From positions 1-22,155 of the forward strand of contig JBDKSP010000120.1 of NCBI GenBank assembly GCA_039680575.1: 22,155 nucleotides of DNA, read 5' to 3'. The position numbers and the translations under genes are program-made. Source of the stretch: Armatimonadota bacterium (GTDB lineage: Bacteria; Armatimonadota; UBA5829; DTLH01). Below, piece by piece: positions 16,615-22,155 of the stretch; the first letter of the stretch is position 1; every line of letters starts with the position of its first letter. The notes beneath the pieces are model-generated. The model saw only the letters and a list, made by a program, of their open reading frames with translations. It made no database searches and was not told the DNA's origin.

Positions 16615-16933
16615 CGAAACGATGAGTTTCAGCATATAGAGTGCATTTTAGCACGGGATATTACTCAGATTATCATAGACATCTCCGTTCTGCTATTCCA
16701 GATGATCTCCATGGAAGTAAGTTCGTTTGGGAACTGGCGGCATATTGCTGAGCGTAATATTGAATGGCGGGCAGACTGTTCAGTTTTTATTCGCCAAATG
16801 AATAAAGTAGTCTAAAGACGCAGGTCATAAAGTCAATAATTGATATGTATGGCTGTGAACTTAGCGAGTCTGGAAAGTATACCGCCGGAGATTAATCCGG
16901 TAATGAGCAATGGTGACGGAGGTTGGGGGAAAG

Positions 16934-17836
16934 ATGTTTAGAAAAATTACGATTGTTCTAGCGCTTTTTGTGCTGGCGTCGGTTAGCTTGTCTGCGACAG
17001 CCGGTGATTATATCCTTGCTCCTGACGATGTTATAGAGATGAATGTCTGGAGAGAGACGGAGCTTTCCAAGAAGCAGTTCCGCATCAATGCGGAGGGCAA
17101 TATTACCGTTCCGTACCTCAATTATGTCATCAAAGCTGCCGGTCTCACTCAGCAGGAGTTAGCCCAGTTACTTGTGGATGAATACGAAAAGGAAGAAATT
17201 CTCGTTAATCCCAAGATCGATGTCAATGTGATTAACAGGCATACGCTGGCTGTTATGGTGCTGGGACAGGTGAACCGGCCGGGAAAAGTCGAGTTCAAGG
17301 AAGGTGATACGATCACTTCCGCTATCGCCCAGGCGGGAAGCTATACTGTTGAAGCCCGTTTGGAATCTGCTGTTTTGACTCGGCGAGGTTCTGACAAAAC
17401 AGTCCCTATCGATCTCAGAAAACTCTATCACGACGGGGATCTCAGCCAGAACTATCAACTCGAAGAGGATGATGTCATATACATTCCAGAGGACACATTT
17501 AACAGGTTTTACGTCCTCGGAGAAGTTTCAAGACCCGGTCTTTATATGTTGAAAGACAATGCAAGCGTGCTATCTGCAGTCAGCCAGGCAGGCGGACCAA
17601 CAGAGCGTGGTTCGATGAAAGGCGTGATGCTGGTACGTGGAGATATCAATAATCCTGAGAAGCGTTCCGTTGATCTGAATAAGATGATCAAGGGAGACTT
17701 GTCTCAGGATGTAAAACTCGAGGCAGGAGACGTAGTCTATGTGCCCGAGACCAACAAACCCGACTGGGGCAAGATCTCCCAGATACTCAATGCTCTTGCT
17801 TCAATCGGATCAATCAAACGATACGGGATCTTCTAG
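16934..17836 (+). CDS. Polysaccharide biosynthesis/export protein (Wza/OPX-like: Poly_export plus two SLBB domains); likely start ATG 16934 (ORF track starts at 16910)
   Basis: Signal peptide MFRKITIVLALFVLASVSLSATA; YILAPDDVIEMNVW, GNITVPY...AAGLT, and repeated VLG(Q/E)V.RPG...AI/V.QAG...D(D/V)V(I/V)Y(I/V)PE units. Confidence 0.9.
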   Translation: MFRKITIVLALFVLASVSLSATAGDYILAPDDVIEMNVWRETELSKKQFRINAEGNITVPYLNYVIKAAGLTQQELAQLLVDEYEKEEILVNPKIDVNVINRHTLAVMVLGQVNRPGKVEFKEGDTITSAIAQAGSYTVEARLESAVLTRRGSDKTVPIDLRKLYHDGDLSQNYQLEEDDVIYIPEDTFNRFYVLGEVSRPGLYMLKDNASVLSAVSQAGGPTERGSMKGVMLVRGDINNPEKRSVDLNKMIKGDLSQDVKLEAGDVVYVPETNKPDWGKISQILNALASIGSIKRYGIF

Positions 17837-17855
17837 TCCGTTCCAGGAGGAATAA

Positions 17856-20003
17856 GTGGAACTTTGGCGCTATTATAGGATACTGCGTCGGCGGAGATGG
17901 CTTATACTTGGATGCTGGGCGATTTGCTTCGGCCTTGTCGCCTTCCAGTGTCTGAAGAGGACACCGCCAATGTATACAGGCGAGACAAAGGTTATGGAAC
18001 GACAACCTACCGAGGCGGGTGTTCCTGTCTATGGAGGAGCTTACGTCGTTCAATCGGACATCCAGATGCACCTGGCCGACCTTGCCTATATTGCAAGCAG
18101 TAACACTGTTCTTAGCAGGTCAAGAGAGACACTCGGCCAACTCGGTGTTCTTGATACAGATGATCTGATGCGGTCGTTGGATATCAAGCCGGTTACCGAT
18201 ACGCAGATTCTTTCGATCAGCGTGGTCTCAAAAAATGCCGCTGATGCCAAAACCGCGGCTGATGTCGTTGCTATGGAGTTCAAACGGTTTTATAGCGAAC
18301 TCGTAAGCGATGCCGCTGAACAGAGCCGTGAGTTCATTGAAAAGCAGTTAAAGGATGCTAAAGCCAAGCTGACCGAGAGCAGGGAAGCCCGCGCTGCTTT
18401 TAAGAAAAAGAACTCACTGGTAGCGCTTGGGGAGCAGTCCTCTGTGCTTGTTCAGCGTGCAGCAGGCATAGAGACCGATGTGGTTAGGGCATCGGTGGAT
18501 CTAGAGAATGCTCGTGGAAGGCTTAAGTCGATCGAAGCTCAGATCAACGGTAAGCCGGAGATGCGGCTTTCTGCAAAATCTGTGGCTAACAACCCGGTGT
18601 ATCAGAGCCTTCTCAGCCAGCTAATTACCGCTGAGTCGGATCTTGGGACGATACTTGGTAAAGAAGGCGGCTCGGGAAAAGGGAAGAATCACCCGGAAGT
18701 ACAAGAATTAACGAAGCGCATAGAGGAATTGCGTGGACAGATAAGAACTCAATCGCCGATGATAGTAAACCAGGAAACTACGGCGCTCGATCAGGTAATC
18801 ACAACTGCTATCGGCAATAAAATTAGCACTGAAGCGGAATTAGCTGGCGCTGAAGCCCGCCGTAGCGCTCTTGCGACTGCGCTTCAAGAAGAGAAAGCTA
18901 AGTTGAGCGTACTGCCCGAGCAGGAAATGCGGATGGCACAGCTCGATATGGATGTGATGGCCGCTGAAGAAACCTACAAGTTGCTTCGATCCAAATTGGA
19001 AGAAGCGCGGATAAAAGCAAGCGAGACCAGTAAATCGAGTACCATCCAGCTTATTACTCCTGCGTATGTGTATCCGGTTGACCCTAAGACGTCAATAAAG
19101 CTGGCGCTTGCGTTTTTCCTGAGTCCTCTGCTTGGTATAGGTATAGCATTTCTGCTGAACTATATGGACAATTCGGTCAAAACGCCTGCGGAAGCGGAGA
19201 AATTGCTTGGGCTTCCAATCAGTTCCATCATACCGCTCCGGCGTTCGCATGCACTTGCCCGCCGTCCCGATAATGAACCGCTTTTGGCGAGTTACGCAAT
19301 GCTTACAGCTCAGCTCTGGCGGGTCTTCGATAAGTCCAGCCAGCCGCTAATCCTGGTTGCGAGTGCCGAGCCGGATTCGGGCAGGACTACGACTGCTGCC
19401 AACCTGGCTGTTACGCTGGCAAAAGATGGCGCGCGTGTCATACTTGTCGATGCCGATATGCGTAAGCCGGACCAGCATTCTATGTTCGGGGTATCAGGAA
19501 AACCAGGGCTGAGCAATGTGCTTACAGGGGCAGTTGAAATAGAAGATGCCCTCATTCCGACAAAGATTGATGGACTATTGCTGATGCCTGCGGGTCCCGC
19601 ACCGGATAATCCCATGCGGCTTCTTCGAACGCAGCAGATGACTGATTTCGTCAAGGAAATCGGGACTATCGCGGATTATGTAGTGTTCGACAGCCCTGCG
19701 GGGGTCACTTTCGCGGACGCAACGATGCTGGCATCCCGGATCAAGAATGTTGTTCTTGTATACTCTGCCGGTAAAGTCCCGCGCGGTGCGGAAGTTGAGT
19801 TTAGAAAGAGATTGGACTCCGCAGGAGCCCGTATTCTCAGTGTAGTGCTGAATAGGGTTAAACCCGAAGACAGCCATGGTTACTTCTATTACAAACGATT
19901 CTATCAGAATGTTACGGCCCAAAGTATTGCTTCCGTTCCTATGAACGTGAAAGCGATACCGTCGGCAGAACCAAGCGACACTAATGATGAGGATAATGCG
20001 TAG
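17856..20003 (+). CDS. Polysaccharide co-polymerase / BY-kinase-like protein (Wzc/GumC family), GTG start
   Basis: N-terminal TM after YYRILRRRRWLI, coiled-coil periplasmic region, second TM then NYMDNSVKTPAEAEKLLGLP, P-loop-like SAEPDSGRTT, VILVDADMRKP, DYVVFDSP, C-terminal Tyr cluster GYFYYKRFY; AGGAGG RBS. Confidence 0.9.
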   Translation: MELWRYYRILRRRRWLILGCWAICFGLVAFQCLKRTPPMYTGETKVMERQPTEAGVPVYGGAYVVQSDIQMHLADLAYIASSNTVLSRSRETLGQLGVLDTDDLMRSLDIKPVTDTQILSISVVSKNAADAKTAADVVAMEFKRFYSELVSDAAEQSREFIEKQLKDAKAKLTESREARAAFKKKNSLVALGEQSSVLVQRAAGIETDVVRASVDLENARGRLKSIEAQINGKPEMRLSAKSVANNPVYQSLLSQLITAESDLGTILGKEGGSGKGKNHPEVQELTKRIEELRGQIRTQSPMIVNQETTALDQVITTAIGNKISTEAELAGAEARRSALATALQEEKAKLSVLPEQEMRMAQLDMDVMAAEETYKLLRSKLEEARIKASETSKSSTIQLITPAYVYPVDPKTSIKLALAFFLSPLLGIGIAFLLNYMDNSVKTPAEAEKLLGLPISSIIPLRRSHALARRPDNEPLLASYAMLTAQLWRVFDKSSQPLILVASAEPDSGRTTTAANLAVTLAKDGARVILVDADMRKPDQHSMFGVSGKPGLSNVLTGAVEIEDALIPTKIDGLLLMPAGPAPDNPMRLLRTQQMTDFVKEIGTIADYVVFDSPAGVTFADATMLASRIKNVVLVYSAGKVPRGAEVEFRKRLDSAGARILSVVLNRVKPEDSHGYFYYKRFYQNVTAQSIASVPMNVKAIPSAEPSDTNDEDNA

Positions 20004-20040
20004 CAGTTGTTCCATTGCGCGAATGAAATCACTCGTCAAT

Positions 20041-20062
20041 GAGTTTCAGGGGACTGAAACTC
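20041..20062. promoter_or_regulatory. Perfect inverted repeat GAGTTTCAG-GGGA-CTGAAACTC (operator or GNRA-capped hairpin) between wzc-like and exosortase genes
   Basis: 9-bp perfect arms with a 4-nt GGGA centre; no downstream U-tract. Confidence 0.6.
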
Positions 20063-20162
20063 TCCGGCACAGAAAGATTTTCGGCGATAGATTGCCGGAC
20101 AAGGATGCAGTTGAGCATGTTCGGATAAACCTGGAGGACCGGGCATGTGTTAGGGAGGACTT

Positions 20163-21074
20163 TTGGACATACCAACTGTCGATGCTGTAATGGAAAAACA
20201 GAAAACCTGGGGACTATCTGTTGAGGATGTTGTAAAACACAAGCTGTGGTTTGTATTCGCATTTGTGTGGATAGCCCTGATTGCTTTCATATATTATGTC
20301 CCGTTCAAATGGTGGTGGGGCGAGTGGTGGAGAGAGGAGAGTTACTACTCTCATGGTATTCTGATTCCTATAATGTCGGGATTTGTTGTCTGGTTCAACT
20401 GGAAACGGATAAAAAAGGTTCGTGTCGAGCCATCGATTTGGGGCCTTATCATAATGCTGCCGATGATGTTCCTGAATTATAAGGCGCAGGTAAGCGGTGT
20501 AGCGAGTGTTGGCGGGATGACACTTCCTATCATGCTGTTCGGATTGGTCCTTATGCTTTTTGGCAAGTCGATTGTAAGAGAGTTACTCTTTCCCATTGCA
20601 TTTCTTTATTTTATGGCGGTTCCGCCGACATCAATCCTGGAGCCAATCAGCTTTAAGATACAGATCACCTCTACCAATATCGCAGTAATGGGGCTGCACC
20701 TGCTGGGGCTTGATGCCGTTCAGACAGGGACGCAGATTCAACTGCCCAGTGGACTTCCGATGGTTGTAGGCGCACCTTGCAGCGGTTTTCGAATGCTGAT
20801 CGCACTCCTGGCGTTTACGGTTTTCTTCGTTTATATGAAGAAAGGTCCTATGTGGGGGAAACTCAGCATGGCTGCTCTTGTATTGCCGCTCAGTGTCCTG
20901 GCTAACTCGGTGAGAGTGCTTTTGATCGCGCTTGTTGGTGAATATTACGGAGAAAGTGCTATGCATTCTTTCCACGATTACTCCGGCTATATAGTCCTTG
21001 TTATAACTTTTGCAGTGCTGATTCTTATTGCTAAGGTGGTAAAATGCGGAGATTTCAAATCTATGCCTGTATAG
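20163..21074 (+). CDS. Exosortase (EpsH family), TTG start
   Basis: Multi-TM protein with YYSHGILIP, catalytic Cys in APCSGFRML, Arg in ANSVRV and His in FHDYSG; GGGAGG RBS. Confidence 0.92.
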   Translation: MDIPTVDAVMEKQKTWGLSVEDVVKHKLWFVFAFVWIALIAFIYYVPFKWWWGEWWREESYYSHGILIPIMSGFVVWFNWKRIKKVRVEPSIWGLIIMLPMMFLNYKAQVSGVASVGGMTLPIMLFGLVLMLFGKSIVRELLFPIAFLYFMAVPPTSILEPISFKIQITSTNIAVMGLHLLGLDAVQTGTQIQLPSGLPMVVGAPCSGFRMLIALLAFTVFFVYMKKGPMWGKLSMAALVLPLSVLANSVRVLLIALVGEYYGESAMHSFHDYSGYIVLVITFAVLILIAKVVKCGDFKSMPV

Positions 21075-21712
21075 TAACCGTTGTGTTGGTCTGCAGCGCA
21101 GCTCTGGTCAGTACTGCATCGCGCGCGGGAACAATGCGGATAAAAGAGGATTATAAAGATATTCCCATGAAAGCCGCTCAATGGAATGGTGAGAACGGCG
21201 ACCCCGACGTGGCAAGCATGAAGATACTGACTACCGCAAGCATACTTACACGCAGATATAACAATGATATGGGGGATGTAGTCGATCTTTCGATAGTCTA
21301 CGCGCAGAACATTGGGGACCTTCATCAGCCTGAGAAGTGCATGGAAGGGACAGGGTTCAGGCGTTCAACAAGGATTCCGGTGTGGATAACACCCAATAAC
21401 GGCAAAAAACATGAAGCTACTCTGGTTGTCTTTACAGACAGCACAGGCAGCGAAATAATTATGATCTACTGGTTCTATATAGATGGCAAGGCAGTGCCGA
21501 ACATGGGCAACAAATCGTCGGCATTCTGGCACTTCCTATGGAGCGGCGCCAAACCTTGCGCGATGATCAAATATACAACTACCTCCATAACAGGAGTTGA
21601 TGATGCGAAGCGAGTATCCCTGTCGCTTGCAAGTTATATAGATTCGTCTGTTCTCGATGTAGTCAAGGGAACTCCTGAACTCGAGCCAAGCAACCTGGCT
21701 GTGGAGAAGTGA
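21044..21712 (+). CDS. EpsI-family exosortase-associated protein
   Basis: N-terminal hydrophobic anchor, W.G motif, HQPEKCMEGTGF (H-x-P-x-x-C...G) and YWF; overlaps the exosortase 3' end by 31 nt. Confidence 0.85.
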   Translation: MRRFQIYACIVTVVLVCSAALVSTASRAGTMRIKEDYKDIPMKAAQWNGENGDPDVASMKILTTASILTRRYNNDMGDVVDLSIVYAQNIGDLHQPEKCMEGTGFRRSTRIPVWITPNNGKKHEATLVVFTDSTGSEIIMIYWFYIDGKAVPNMGNKSSAFWHFLWSGAKPCAMIKYTTTSITGVDDAKRVSLSLASYIDSSVLDVVKGTPELEPSNLAVEK

Positions 21713-21745
21713 GAAGAATCCATAAAGCGGACAGAGTTTTATTAT

Positions 21746-21919
21746 AGATTTTCGGCTGATTAATTAACAGCCAATCATATATTGGTTGTTGCCGAAAATC
21801 TTCCGGAAGAGTTTCAGGTGTAAGTGTAAAATCAACAGATAAAGCTACATCAGAGAACTGTTTATATAACTTTTAGGCTGTTACTTTATCTCCTGAAACT
21901 CTGTAGTTATTCTGTTGAT
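21746..21919. other. Cluster of nested and overlapping inverted repeats (putative structured RNA or operator array)
   Basis: AGATTTTCGGC/GCCGAAAATCT, AACAGCCAAT/ATTGGTTGTT, palindrome TCTTCCGGAAGA, AGAGTTTCAGG/CCTGAAACTCT, AGATAAAG/CTTTATCT, ATCAACAGA/TCTGTTGAT. Confidence 0.55.
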
Positions 21920-22066
21920 GAATAGAGGCAACCTGCCTTCCATAATAATAGGGCAATTGGGGCTTGGGGAGCAAGCGGTAAAAGGTAAGAGTTCAGTGTT
22001 CCACCCGGCGCGCCGAGTTATCGAAAAAACTAAGTAACATCCTGTCTTAATAGCGGGTCAGCTTGA

Positions 22067-22147
22067 TGTAGTGGCCGTCCTCCGTGGCGGCCATCTACCC
22101 CGTGGACCCACCGGACCACGGGGAGTTCCGCAGGAGCCGGACTCTAC
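22067..22147. repeat. GTAG-REP-like multi-hairpin element, copy 2
   Basis: TGTAG-TGGCCGTC-loop-GGCGGCCA, CCCCGTGG-loop-CCACGGGG, GAGTTCCG-loop-CGGACTC-TAC. Confidence 0.6.
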
Positions 22148-22155
22148 CCATGATT

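Noticed and set aside
16765..16860. Canonical c-di-GMP-I riboswitch or ops element
   Set aside because: Only loose word matches; no GNRA-capped P2, and GGCGGCAT/GGCGGGCA do not match ops GGCGGTAG. Kept only as an unknown structured leader.
19984..20262. Small ORFs spanning the wzc-exosortase gap
   Set aside because: They overlap both neighbours and run through the inverted repeats, with no coding hallmarks.
22098..22130. ZTP (pfl) riboswitch, suggested by GTGG...CCACGGGGAG
   Set aside because: The upstream GACTGGCG core is absent, and the segment fits the REP-like hairpin series better.
16416..22155. sigma54 promoter of the PrsR/PEP-CTERM type, or ECF promoter using TGAAAC as -35
   Set aside because: No TGGCAC-N5-TTGC seen; sequences 16-17 nt downstream of the TGAAAC copies share no common -10 element.

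Overview
This is a bacterial chromosomal window that is almost entirely coding on the + strand. It opens with the 3' end of an ISAs1-family insertion sequence (transposase C-terminus plus terminal inverted repeat). A consensus sigma70 promoter follows, then mlaE-mlaF-mlaD (an Mla/MCE lipid ABC system whose long MlaD carries a predicted C-terminal beta-barrel), rplI, dnaB and a de novo purine cluster, purD-purE-purB-[VanZ-family gene]-purS-purQ-purL-purF-purM-purN. purC, purK and purH are not in the window. A minus-strand HD-GYP gene converges on purN and diverges from an exopolysaccharide/protein-sorting locus (Wza-like export protein, Wzc/GumC-like co-polymerase, exosortase, EpsI). The gene mix suggests a diderm Terrabacterium, possibly Armatimonadota; this is inference only. 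The least explained signals are non-coding: (1) a 9-mer GAGTTTCAG/CTGAAACTC seen 7 times, all intergenic and mostly around the EPS/exosortase locus; (2) a shared bipartite motif bracketing exosortase-epsI in inverted orientation; (3) dense, mutually exclusive inverted repeats downstream of epsI; (4) a GTCA...TGAC palindromic element followed by a degenerate ~20-bp array inside the pur cluster; (5) heptamer tandem repeats at several gene junctions; (6) two GTAG-REP-like elements. Both the Wzc kinase domain (Walker A K->R) and the HD-GYP domain carry substitutions at normally conserved functional positions.
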